DNA of 64,000 nucleotides from Hormiphora californensis (GCA_020137815.1 CM035351.1:1302001-1366000); one strand, 5' to 3'. Numbered from the stretch's first letter, positions 37,309-49,271 are shown. The notes: a model not told the origin generated them from the sequence alone. Translations and numbers: made by a program.

Positions 37309-39556
37309 TCACACTTTAATTTTCTTGGCTGATTTCTTATCCTCCCTCTTCTTCCTCTTCCTCTCCTCCCTCAGCTCTTTCTTCTTGTTCTCATCACAGA
37401 GAGTGAAATATTTCTTGCCATTATCCTGCTGCTCTTCAGGGATTGGGGTTTTGTTCTGTTCGGTGTTCTCCGCAGTGGACAAAAGGGGGCAGAAGCGTCT
37501 CTTGTGGCCCGGCTGCTGGCACCTGATAGAGAGATGGTGTGGGTTATAACTCGAGATATCAACTTTGGAGTTCGGGAGTTTTAGAAACTTGGAAGAAAGC
37601 ATTCAAAAACAAAACAAACTCGCCGTAAACAACAGCTTTTGTTTTATGAACCGGGTAAATTAAGTGAAGTTTGGTACTACAGACATCTAAGCCGGGTAAA
37701 TCATTGGGTACAGTGTCCCTCTCTAACTAAACGTAGCACGCGATAACATGAGAGAGACAGCGCAGGAGGATAGAAGGGGTATATCATACCCAAGGTAAAT
37801 TATTACCTGTGACAGACGGATGGAACTTTGCAGTGATGGGTTGCAGGTCTACACCCCTCACACGTTCCACAATGCACATACAGCTCCCTGACACACTTGC
37901 TGCACTTGTTACAATGCCGGGTGGCCCTATCAACCGGAGCACAACACTTGCATTTAGTACAGTGGACCGCTTCTTTTGTAACACCCATTACGCACTTTGT
38001 ACAGTGTTTGTAGTGTTCTTCAGGCAGCACCACCTTACTCAGGTCTTGGTCAGTAAATATCCTGGGCAAACGGGGAATCAAGTTAGGAATTAGGAAATAA
38101 ACACATCTTTAGAATCCAGAATCAGAAAAAGGGGTAAAAAGGTTTTTAACAAACTAAAAACTTACGGAAATTTGCAAAAAGCTGCTGTGACCAGGATTCG
38201 AACCTGGGTTATTGCGGCCACAACGCAAGGTACTAACCACTATACGATCACAGCTTAGTGTCACTGAAGCGACGACCTCAATTGAACTCAATTCTTATTG
38301 ACTGAGTTCTTGAAGCACTGGAGAGCACCATTTCCTGGTTTTAAAACTAATGTGTAAACTGGTGAAGCATAACAAGTGGTAGCCAGTCAGTTTCACTGTT
38401 ATTCGTCGCTTCAGTGACACTCAGCTGTGATCGTATAGTGGTTAGTACCTTGCGTTGTGGCCGCAATAACCCAGGTTCGAATCCTGGTCACAGCATTCTT
38501 TTTTGCAAATTTCCGTAATATTTTAGCACACTTTTTACCACGTTATTACCTCACGGGTGAGCGGGTGCTGTTTCCCTTTTTGAACACAGGATGGTTCTCA
38601 TACTCCACAATGAAGTGACACATTTTGAGATCTGGTGCAACTTCTGCCATGTGTTTAGTTAGGAAATAGGGGAAGATCCAGTAGGTAAGGATTTCCGTCT
38701 CAGGAGCCATTTCCTTGACCTGCGCCTTCAGGGTCGCAATGTTATTCGCGATTACCCTGGCCAGTGCTCCAAAGGGTGGATCACACACTATCAGCAGCTT
38801 GGTACACTTCTTCAGGAACAGTTTCAGGTATTTGGGACCCTCTTCCTCTTCAAAGAAGTAATTAGCAGAAAGGTTGTAGTGCTGGTAACTGGTGGGTGGG
38901 TAGAACTGCAGAAACCGATCATCCAGATCCAGTAACATTGCTTTCGGGCCGGATTTCTTGGCACCCGCTCCTGTGAACATTTCTTGGACACGGGGTGTTC
39001 CAACACACAGCACGTGGGAGGGAGACTGGCCGTTCAGTAGTGACGTCATGAATTTAGTGGTATCCCCAGAAAACAGATATTGAGCGTTACCCTCGTTTGA
39101 GGTGAGCGGCTGGAGGATAGTCGAGGGAGATCGAACACTTTTGTAACTTGTTTTAATAACAGTGTGATCGGTGTGTCCGGTTTTGTCCTCCACAAAATGG
39201 GAACATGTCTTACAGTACTGGGAAACATCACCCGCTCGTACATTCTGAACATGCTCAGACCTGCTCTTCCCAGAAAGGTACCACCCTCTCTTCTTTCTCT
39301 CCTCCCCAAACATTCCCTTCCGCTCCGCCACCTTCTCCTCACTCCATGGTTTATCCTCCAGCACATACAGCTGACACTCCTTCCGGTTTCGGTGGGCACT
39401 ACAAGCAAAGAACCGCCGGGGGCCTTGATCTTCTCCCTGAGAGAATCGTTCAAAGAGAAGCGCCGGTCCGTGTACACAGTGAGGTGGGTTGGGTGGTGTG
39501 GGGAGGATGACCTCTACACCAGTACCTTCCCTACCTTGTTCAGCTCTGATGTGCAT
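37309..39556 (-). CDS. ZCCHC4: rRNA N6-adenosine methyltransferase ZCCHC4, multi-exon
   Basis: GRF-type zinc finger CVHGPALLF..RRFFACSAHRNRKEC; NAQYLFS; CVGTPR; DPPF catalytic motif; WIFPYF; SPVR|IFT; Cys/His-rich HCTKC repeats; CCHC CQQPGHKRRFC. Confidence 0.92.
38183..38254 (-). tRNA. tRNA-His(GUG) in a ZCCHC4 intron
   Basis: Identical canonical sequence. Confidence 0.95.
38424..38495 (+). tRNA. tRNA-His(GUG) in a ZCCHC4 intron
   Basis: Identical canonical sequence. Confidence 0.95.
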
Positions 39557-39949
39557 GGTGGAGCTAGAGGGAGAGGAAGTTAGTGGTACACGAGGGGTTG
39601 GGGAGCTAGAGGGAGAGGGAGTTAGTGGTGGTGTAAACGAAGGATTAGGCAGATAGAGGGAGAGGGAGTTAGTGGTGGTCTAAACGAAGGATTGGGCAGC
39701 TAGGGGGGAGGGAGTTAGTGGTTGTGTAAACGAGGGTTTGGGCAGCTAGAAGGGGGTGGGAGTTAGTGGTGGTGTACACTTGAACCGTTCGTCCCCATTT
39801 AAACAAAATAAACGGGGAACACGGAAACAGTACGAACAGTTCAATTGTAAACAAGGGTTTGGGGTGAGATAGTACACAAATAATTCATTTTCTGAAGCCA
39901 ATAAATAGTTGAAGAGCACAAACTAAATAAAAACAGCCTAAAACACACA

Positions 39950-41596
39950 TCAATGATCATCAACACTCATAGTAAGAAACGCCGGGCTAAGGGGAACAGA
40001 TCCCGCCTCGGAGAGTGCATGATCCCAGTCCTCAAAATTCTCTGAAACTTTGTACTGCCTGCCCTCACTCTGAAACTCGCTACTACACTCCATATCCCTG
40101 AAAAAGGGTTCAATCAACCGAGAGAAAGTCCTCAAGGTGCTCCGTTTAAAAGGGTAATCCTCACTCCCTTGACCGTGCTGTTGGGAGGATGAGGGTAGGA
40201 GAAGGCGGGAATTCCGTTCAATAACCGCTGCACATGTCACGATCTCATACATGCTGGTTAGTTTGTTGAACATTCGGAGGATGTGAGGGTTACAATGCCT
40301 CAGGGGGTTCAGTTTACAGAAAACAATCCGGTGCAGATCAACCTGGGACAGAAAACCCTTCCAGTCAGCACTGGAGAATACATCCTTGTGTCGGTAGGAA
40401 AACAAGTAGAATAGAGCTTGTGAAGCTGCGTAGAATGGGGTGTGACTACATTTTATGTTCTCATTCCTATCAATATACCCGTGGCACCACGTGGAAATCA
40501 CCAGCATAATCCTCTTGTAATCAGCCTTACTGACACATACCGCCCTGTTGGTGAAACTGGTTAGGTACATGACCGCACTTTGCCGGATGATGGCAGGCTG
40601 GTTGACATCCGTGAAGACCGACCAAAAGTAGTCCAAGGGCACATTCCGGAGGGTGGGATGGGTGTTGAAAAAGTGGAACAGGAGAAAGGGAACGTTCGGG
40701 GGAATGTGTGCACGAAGAATGTGGCAATCAAATGCGAGAAGGAGTGCCCTACACCATGCTGAGGTTGCCCCCTCACTGAGAGAGGACTGTTTCTTAGCGT
40801 ACAGGGCCAGATCATGTAGCAGTTCACTGAGTTTCTCTGCAGTCTCACATTCCTCTTCTTCCTGTTCTGCATCTCCCTTTTCCAGGGAAAACAACAGATC
40901 CTGATCAGTCCCTGACTGGTCCAGAAAGGAACACCCCACATCAACATCAATCTTGATCAGTCTCTCCACAATCGTTACTATGACGTCATTGAAAAATGAT
41001 GGGACTCTCTCCGTAAAGTGGAGAATATTGGAAATATACGCCCGGTGTTCGGCTAACGACCGTGTCTTGTGTGGGAAATGTTGGGCCAACTTCTGCTGAA
41101 CGAACTTTAGATGTGCGGGCATGTTAGCAGATATGAACTGGAGGATATCCAGGTTGCTATGGTGGATAACCACCTCACCAGTAGGTCCAACAACAGATAA
41201 CTTCTGGACCGCTCTCTCCACCACCTTGTTGGTGTAGAACGGTTGGGAGCTCATAAGGGATATCATGAAATTCTTAACGACCTCCCTCACTTTTATATCA
41301 GCTGTTTCCCAGGCAATGGAACTTATCACATTAAATATCTCGTCACAATCCTTGTCAAGCATTGCAACAAGGAGGGTTAATCGTGATACCAGGGTCAGGA
41401 ATGGTCCTGTTAGGGATGAGTTATCATCATTGGATGGTGTTGCGGAGGATTTAAGGAGGTTTAGAAAGGCTCTGTAGTTCAGGTCTTTGATATTGTTTTT
41501 CTCTTTTATCACGCGGCCCAGGAACTCGGGCGTGCATTGGGCGATGGTGACCTTTCGGAGGACCATAGCCCCCGGGGAGGATGTTGTGGCCATCAT
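39950..41596 (-). CDS. RRN3: RNA polymerase I transcription initiation factor RRN3/TIF-IA, intronless CDS
   Basis: 548 aa; HFPHK, IVERLIKIDVDV, RQSAVMYLTSF, H-PFYAASQALFYLFSYRH, LNPLRHC. Confidence 0.88.
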   Translation of the reverse strand: MMATTSSPGAMVLRKVTIAQCTPEFLGRVIKEKNNIKDLNYRAFLNLLKSSATPSNDDNSSLTGPFLTLVSRLTLLVAMLDKDCDEIFNVISSIAWETADIKVREVVKNFMISLMSSQPFYTNKVVERAVQKLSVVGPTGEVVIHHSNLDILQFISANMPAHLKFVQQKLAQHFPHKTRSLAEHRAYISNILHFTERVPSFFNDVIVTIVERLIKIDVDVGCSFLDQSGTDQDLLFSLEKGDAEQEEEECETAEKLSELLHDLALYAKKQSSLSEGATSAWCRALLLAFDCHILRAHIPPNVPFLLFHFFNTHPTLRNVPLDYFWSVFTDVNQPAIIRQSAVMYLTSFTNRAVCVSKADYKRIMLVISTWCHGYIDRNENIKCSHTPFYAASQALFYLFSYRHKDVFSSADWKGFLSQVDLHRIVFCKLNPLRHCNPHILRMFNKLTSMYEIVTCAAVIERNSRLLLPSSSQQHGQGSEDYPFKRSTLRTFSRLIEPFFRDMECSSEFQSEGRQYKVSENFEDWDHALSEAGSVPLSPAFLTMSVDDH

Positions 41597-42094
41597 GTTG
41601 GTCTGAGCTATATCATGGGGGACAGTTATTTAGTTAGTGGTATTTAGGTAGTTGTGTTGATGATTTAAACGCACTATTGTAAAAGAAGCACAAAATATTC
41701 AAATAAATTAATTATACAAGAAATAAAACGTTCATTAACGTTCTGCTTGTAGTGGGAAAACGGTAACGTATATTACCCCCATATTGTTGTTGTTGTTGTT
41801 AATTAATATTGTTAATTATTCATTATTGAAAACAATACTATATAGCTAGACTAAATTATAGATAATCACTAGCTCTCCAAGTTTTCATTGCGGATTGAAT
41901 TCTTCTAAGAATAGAAAGAGAGCCTCACCTCTCTTCTTCTTTATTATCATATGTTTATTACACAGTACACACCCGTGCCCGTTATCTGAACAAGAGTAGT
42001 ACCACATGTTATAATAACCCGTGTCGTTAGCATGTGCTTCTAAGTAGTTGATGTTTGGTAAACGTGGACAGTCGAGTTGTAGGTGTCTTGAGAC

Positions 42095-42203
42095 CAGGAA
42101 CCGACCGAATCAGGAAATACTGGTCCCTGATTGGCTGATAACCAGTCACGTGACCTAAATAACGAGTTCTAGTTGGTTGTTTACTTGTTTTGGTCGGTTC
42201 CTG
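42095..42203. mobile_element. 109-bp hAT-type MITE
   Basis: TIR CAGGAACCGACC..GGTCGGTTCCTG; 8-bp TSD CTTGAGAC on both sides. Confidence 0.92.
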
Positions 42204-42363
42204 CTTGAGACCATTATACTGAGCTCACCGTCCTTATTAGACAATCACGATCATTATCAGTCGCTTGACACTGTGTATCTGCTCTGTATTATAAGTACGA
42301 ACACTGTTAATTGAACAGTCGCGATGCTCTGTATCGAGTATCATGAGCGGCCTTATAATAGTT

Positions 42364-45203
42364 TCAAGTTTTCTTTTGCCATTTTGCCACGGTGTCCTTG
42401 TTGTAGACCTTCAGCAAAGTTTTATTAGCGAGCTCCCCGTTATGTTCTGATGGCAGTTTATCAGTCCATTTCATCTGTGCTCTCTCCCTCGCCATCTCCC
42501 CTATCTTCCTTCTCTTTACACGTTTCAGCGCCTAAATAACAGAGTATTAGCGCCTAAATAACAGAGTATTAGCGCCTAAATATAACAGAGTTTTAGTGCA
42601 CAGATAATTAGTGAAGTAGACTGTTCTCAACCCCATGATGTGAATTATGATTGGTTAGACTGATACAGTTGCCATGACTACTAACCTCGATAAGATGGGG
42701 CATTGAGATTCTGGAGTGAGTTCCCTCAGTTAGACCCTCTAGATGCCGCATGGCAATCAAACTGGGTTGCTGATCGTTCCCTGGTGGCTGATTAAATCCA
42801 TATGAAACACCGTGCTCAGAGACAGAACAGTGCTTACTCTCTCTTACACAATCTGTCAGTATGCCTTGTATAAACATCTGAAAGGGGACATTTTGATAAA
42901 TTCTTGTTCACCACACGTAGAGCACACTAGAGACAAGTTCGAAGTAGTTTGAATATTAAAATTTAAACGACCGTTTATAAAATTAGACGTTCTACTATTC
43001 ATTATCTTTCATCACTGGCGACTTGAATACACGTTGTCTGTAGCGCACTAAAGTATTGTTTCACCCCCTGTTAAGTTATTGTTTCACCTGTAGAGCCAGC
43101 TTGATGAGTGTAAGTGTCTCAGAGCTAACCTCATCCACCCCCTCTTCCCAGGCCCCCGTCAACACCCTCATCGTTAACCCATCCTCATCAGGTAGACACC
43201 CTGTCTGGGACGCCAGGAACAACTGATCACGTGACGTCACAGGCCTCGCATCAGGACCCTCCGGCCGGACTCTTCTAAAGGGGGCCCGGGGTATAGAGGG
43301 AGATGATGAGATCACGTCCCGTTTAGTGGACCGGCCGCCCAGTTGACATTTGAGAAGGAGGGCGAGGAGGAACTCGTTATGAAGTGAGACATTGGATTCC
43401 CCAAGGAGAACCCGGGCATCGGTATCCAGCTGTTCTCTAGTCATCTGAAGAGATAGAGGGGGGTTAGGCATCGGGCATCGGTATCCAGCTGTTCTCTAGT
43501 CATCTGAAGAGATAGAGGGGGGGTTACTGGTTAGATTGAATCGGATATGTCTCATAGGAGAGAGAGGGGTTACTGGTTTGATTGATTTGGATGTATCTTA
43601 TATAGGGGAGTTCAGTAGTAAAATGGATTGGTTTGGGGGATGCATTGTTGTCATTTCAGGGGCATTTCAGCTGTCATGGGTAGGATAGGATTGTATTTGA
43701 AATGAGAGAGAAAGTCTCATGAGAGGGCACTGAAAAAACACGTGCAGTGACTCAGTAGGAGAGAGAGAGACAGAGACAGAGAGTGACCTGGAGTGACTAA
43801 AGAGCCAGTCTGAACAAGCCAAAAAGATTGTCATGAATAAGTATTTTACTTAAAGCAGGGAGCTAATGATATAAAGATCTATGCAACGAAGAATCTTACT
43901 TTGCCCTTCTTGAACTCGTTTCTCTAACATTCAACAGCACAAGTTTCTCTAAAGTCTATGAATATAAACCTAGCATCAGCCTTTTTGTGATATTGCATGT
44001 TTTATTGAACAGTATCTCATATTATGTGAATAAAGATAGCAAGAGACTGGGCTGTATAAAACAAATCATTGTTCAGAACAGTTCCTTACACTGCACTGAT
44101 TCAAGTTTCTAAAACATGGTGTAATTTGACTTTATTAATTTTCTTAGCTGATGTTTATGTTCCTGTGGTGCACAATAGTTCAGATACTGTTGACAGCGGT
44201 AAGTGGTTCGGTATTTGAAAAAGGAACTTCTAGCTCTTTCTGGGGTTGGAACTACTACCCACCAGCGAATGCTTTCGATGGAAACCTCAACACGATGTTT
44301 CATAGCAGTTCCACCTTCGGACAGTATGAGTGGTTGAAACTATGGCTGAAGAATCCTTCTCCCGTTAAAGAGGTTACAGTTGTAAATAGGTACGTTCTTG
44401 ACCAGCGACCGCTGATCAGATACTTTATTTGATCCAAAACTTGGCTAAAAAACTGTCCTAATTTCAGAAAGGATTGCTGCCAGGATCGAATAATAGGAAC
44501 GGAGGTTTGGGTTGGAACTGCATCTGAAGATTGGGCACTTTGTGGTAACATCACCTCACTCCACCAAGATCTATACTACACCCTCCCCTGCCCAATCATT
44601 GGTGACATCAGTTTCGTGATGCTGAAAGACTGGCAAGAGGAGGGACAACCTGTATACATTAACATAGCAGAAGTTATAGCGGTACTGTTAGCAGGTTCGT
44701 AAGTGGTAAGGGAATGAAAATAATAATATGTAGGAACAGCGAACATCAAAGGGGGGTTTGGGTATGGGTTGATGGGAAAATTTCTGATCAAAGTTCTACC
44801 AAAATAGATGCTCTGGTAGAGATGGTGTGAGTGAAGAAATTCAACACACAACTCCTATTCTCTAGCTATTTGGGCAATAGCAGAGAAACATTGGTAAATG
44901 GTAATTACCCCTCCCCGTGAGCGCCCCTGTAGGGTGCGAGCTCACGGAGCTTGTAACAACGTAAATGGGTGACTTCGTAACCAAAGAGAAACACACAACT
45001 CTCTAGATGTTTGGGCAATAGCAGAGAAACGGGGGTGGGGGTCCAGAAACACACTACTACTACTAGTGAGTGTCTATTAACAGAGAAATACGCACCTGAT
45101 TCTTGTACCATTGCCTCATTAGGGACCAGTACTTCTGTCGGTTTGATCCCAGTGCTTTGTCAAGGTTCTCTTTCGGCCTTATCAAGCTAATATCTGATGC
45201 CAT
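42364..45203 (-). CDS. TADA1: SAGA complex subunit transcriptional adapter 1, multi-exon
   Basis: Exon 1 MASD..LDKALGSNRQKYWSLMRQWYKNQ spliced to MTREQLDTDARVLLGESNVSLHNEFLLALLLKCQ; LPD..RVLTGAWEEGVDEV; ISMPHLIE|ALK. Confidence 0.8.
44151..44702 (+). CDS. Secreted F-type lectin (fucolectin/FTP, F5/8 type C fold), 2 exons, nested antisense in TADA1 intron 1
   Basis: Signal peptide; ANAFDGN..FH; intron 44390-44467 joins VVNR to KDCCQDR, giving H-x28-RxD-x4-R; C-term INIAEV. Confidence 0.78.
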
Positions 45204-45595
45204 GGCTACAAAAGATTCTGTCAATCATTGTCTGTATTAGTTGTTTAGTTTAACTAATGATCTGTTAATTACTGTTAATTAAACTAATTAATTAGTTAGA
45301 CGAAACTTTACACAAAATAAACACAATCAAACAGCATAAAAACACAGCTAACTCTGATCACGCACTTTAATCTGATCACTACAAGAAGCTAAACAATAGA
45401 GTAAGAAAATCACAACAACAGCACCAAATTCAGCACCAAAATTACACTTTGTATCATAGTTTGGTTTTCAAGAAAAGAATCTACAGGCTAAAGCTATTAC
45501 TAGTCATTAGTCGAAAGCAAAACATATCAGTTGACAAACGAGCATTGCAAAGTTATTTACACAGACAATAACACACACACACACCACCCCTATTG

Positions 45596-47942
45596 TTATT
45601 TAGTGGCTGAAGCAGCTGAAACTGCTTGCCAGCACTGCAAGCCCTGTTGGGCGTGTTGGAGTTGCAGCTTAGCGTAGATCCTAAAAGTGGCCTTTAAACT
45701 TGATATCTTGTCTTTCTTCCAGAGCTTCAGCTGAAAATATATTGGAATTATTGATCTGTGTTTACGCTATTATACCCAGCCCCTGAGATTTCATCCCAAA
45801 ATGTAACCAATATCCCAGCACATTTCGCCCCAAAGGGCAACCAATGCCCTAGGCCCCACTAACCAATACCCCACACTAACCAATACCCCACACTAACCAA
45901 TACCCCACACTAACCTCTTCATCAGCCTCCGAAAGGAACTGTTCCAGGTTTTGTTTAGCAGGATCTAGTGCTTCCTCAGCCTCGCTTAGTTCCTGATGGA
46001 GTTTGCTCCTCCGAGCGTCCCTTTGTGCTGGTGTCATCTTGAACAGGTTGGTGATATTCTTCTTGTTGTCCTCACTAGTAGCAACATCCTCAACCGCCTG
46101 GTGAGAGGTGCTAGAGTTATAATATGGATTATGGAGAAGAGAGTACGATAAAAGTACAATTTTTGAGAGAAATGTACTTGTAAACAACCGTATTTATTTC
46201 ACTCTAGATCTAACACACAACTCTCACCTCAGGTTTCCCCATCAAGAAAATTCCTCCTTTCTTGGCCTCAATTGTAGCCTCCAGGCTCTCTACCTTGTAC
46301 TGGAGGATCTCATACTTCCTGATCAGATCTCGGAGACTGAACGCATAGTTACTGTACTCTTTCAAGTTCTCATAGAACTTCATTTGTTCTTCCAACAGCA
46401 GGACATTTCCAGCTCCTTCTAAACTGGAAAGGTAGGGTGTAAGTAAGGTAAAAAGCACGATTACGGTGAAGATCTAAAAAAATGATAAAAAGTAAGTTTT
46501 AAACGGAACACTTACTTGTCTAGATTGTGGCCGATTTTCTGGAGTGGGATTTTGAGGCCTTTCTCAAGCACGCTCCACTCGCTGAAAGTCTTGGCAAAAT
46601 CTTTGTAGCTGTTGTAACATGCCCTTTCCTTCTGGGCAACCATTCCTGTTACCCTGTAAAATAATACAGAAATCCAATTAACTTCTCATATTAATTAACA
46701 TTTTACTCATTGATTGGCCCTACCCTAACTAGAATTATTACTGCGTTGTGGCAACGTTTTTCAAACTTTTAGGGTTAGATTACTTACCGAAGGATCGCAT
46801 TGACGCGGGTTTCAAGTTCATCAGCATACGTTTTCAGCTCTGAGAAGCGGCTATCACAGTTTTTCAGTTGGTAACTAGCCTGGATTCCCTTTAACATTCC
46901 CTCGTTCTTAGTTCGGAACTCTGTTGAATCAGCCACCTGAAAACACACGATGATATTGTGACGCAGTCACCCTTACAACTCGTGTCACCCTTACAAAACG
47001 AAGCCTGCGTAGAGAGGTGACGGCGCCACCAACATGATGATGTGATTTCAATGAAGATACAAAAGTTACGGATGGCTAAATAATAATCATGGCTTCTTTT
47101 CGATCTATAAAATAAAATGTTTCAGATATATTCATGCCGCCCGATAGAACAGCTAGAACTATCACACACATCACCTACCGTCCGCCAATCCTCCCCCTTC
47201 ATCAGGAAGGCCTTGAAAACATTATCCTTGTGTAGGACAGGGTGGACTGCAATCCTTTGCATGAACCTCTCCAAACCTATCTTTCTATGCTCAAGGTACT
47301 CCCCATCAAACTTGTCAGTTGTCATTTTAGTCCAGATATTAGTTGAGATCTAGATGGAGAGAGAGAGAGAGAACACAAATATTAGGGAAATATTGTCCTA
47401 ACCATCCTTTACAGTATTTGATAGAGTGTCGACCAAGGCAAGGGGAATATACCATGAACCGACCGAATCAGGAAATACTGGTCCCTGATTGGCTGATAAC
47501 CAGTCACGTGACCTAAATAACGAGTTCTGATTGGTTGTTTACTTGTTTCGGTCGGTTCCTGGAATATACAGCAGTAGCTTTACAAACAGGACATTAATTC
47601 ACCTTTTTCTCAGGAAGAGGAGGGATGATATGGGATGGATATGTGTGTAGCAGGTACTGGTAAAGGAGATCGAACTCGGAGTAACGGTGCCAAACCTCCG
47701 AACTACGGACACCAAACGCAATGGCATTTTCTACCTCGTGTACCCTGTGAATTTATGTAAAGTTTTGTTAATGATTTAGTGTTGATAGCTTAAATCATAG
47801 TCGACTTTAAAAATACTTACGTGGTGACAAGCTTGAAAATGACGAACACATCGCCCATATAATCACTGCCCTTCTTGGCCTTCTCAAAATCCTCAATGCT
47901 AATCGACAGTACAGCGAGAAGGTTCGTTTTAGGAATCGTCAT
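45596..47942 (-). CDS. SNX4: Sorting nexin 4-like PX-BAR protein, multi-exon
   Basis: PX domain VWHRYSEFDLL..IIPPLPEK; W-KMTTDKFDGEYLEHRKIGLERFMQRIAVHPVL; BAR domain FSEWS-LEK, LKEY..Y; C-term GLQCW. Confidence 0.82.
47453..47561. mobile_element. 109-bp hAT-type MITE, second copy
   Basis: Near-identical to 42095-42203; 8-bp TSD GAATATAC; left TIR has a G>T change (CATGAACC). Confidence 0.92.
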
Positions 47943-48218
47943 GGCAACACCTGCTCCTTTACAAAAACAACGAGTTGTTAATAATATATGGTAATTGCGG
48001 GATCATGAAGAGGGTCGAAACAGGGCATGGACCGTATGAAAACAACATATTGTGTAGAAAATTGAAACCAGTAAAAACACATAACACTCTCACTACGAAA
48101 ATACAAACACTTGACATGCGAAATAAAATTACTAAGATGATATTGCCAAAAAAATCCAGTTTATTGTTCAGCCCTTGAAACTGTTTCCTACTGCAACTAA
48201 TGGACTTTATATTAAACT

Positions 48219-48947
48219 TTACTGAAGTTCTTGCATGGCCTTCTCCAGCATCTGATTGCACATCTTGGCGTAAGGGTTGAGTTTGGCTGCTTGGCACGCT
48301 GCGAACTTGCCACCCAACTCAGCAGATCGCTCGAAGTCCAGCCTGGCAGCCTCCTCGTTCTTATTCAACATTTCCATCAATGCTCTTTGAGAATATGCCT
48401 GTATACAAAGAGGGGGGTTTTATTGAAATGGTTACTCACCAGGCTAAATTAGGGTAAAATAAAAAGGAAAGGTTTTATTGAAATGTTTATTTACTAAATG
48501 ATGAGGGTAAAATAAGCCACAATACTAACCTGCATAGCAGTCTTTCCTTTGCCGCCACTGAGTCGCAGAGCAGACTCAATATCCGATAATGCTTCCTCAT
48601 TTCTACCCTGTAGCCTGTACAACTGGGCCCTGTTGTTATAGAGCGAAGCTAGGTTTGGAGCTACTGTGATCGCTTTATTGAACTCTGCCAACGATTCATC
48701 GTATTTACCAGCCTCAGCCAAGTTCACAGCAGCTACCTCGTATTTTTTAGCTTCCACCTCCTAGGAGACAGTTGAATTTAGTGATTTGAGATGGGAATTT
48801 TATTTTTTGTTGCGACCCTCTCCTCTGTAAAGAAACATAACAAACCTGTTGTGACGTGGGAACAGGATCCTGTTCTATCTGGGCAAGGTTAGCGCTAACT
48901 GGTGCTGAGGGGTTCAAAATGTGTTCTAATACCCTGTCGTCGGACAT
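48219..48947 (-). CDS. TTC36: Tetratricopeptide repeat protein 36, 3 exons
   Basis: DRVLEHILNP; TPR ASLYNNRAQLYRLQG; QAYSQRA..AARLDFERSAELGGKFA..LNPYAKMCNQML. Confidence 0.88.
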
Positions 48948-49271
48948 AACTAACTGAAAGTACACTTAATGTAATCGTCGTTTGTTACATGTTGAAACTA
49001 ATTTGTCCGCGCACGTCAGACAACTCACGAATCGTGGTAAAATGAGGAGTTAAAGTTTTTCCTCTTAATTTCAACAAAGTTGACTGCAGGTGATTTTACT
49101 CGAGCTTACTCGAACGAAGCACACTCCTTCAATACTTCCGAGCCTCAGAAGTGAAGAAAAAAAAGAAACAGGGGAGGGGGAAATTGTACAGGGAAATATT
49201 TGTCGTTTGCAGATGTACCATGGGGCATGGATAGTGTGCTGGGACACGGGAAAAGGGGTGGAGGGATACAT

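Noticed and set aside
34899-41596. Functional ribosome-biogenesis cluster (RRN3, ZCCHC4, tRNAs)
   Set aside because: Neighbouring genes are functionally mixed, so co-location cannot be distinguished from chance without synteny data.
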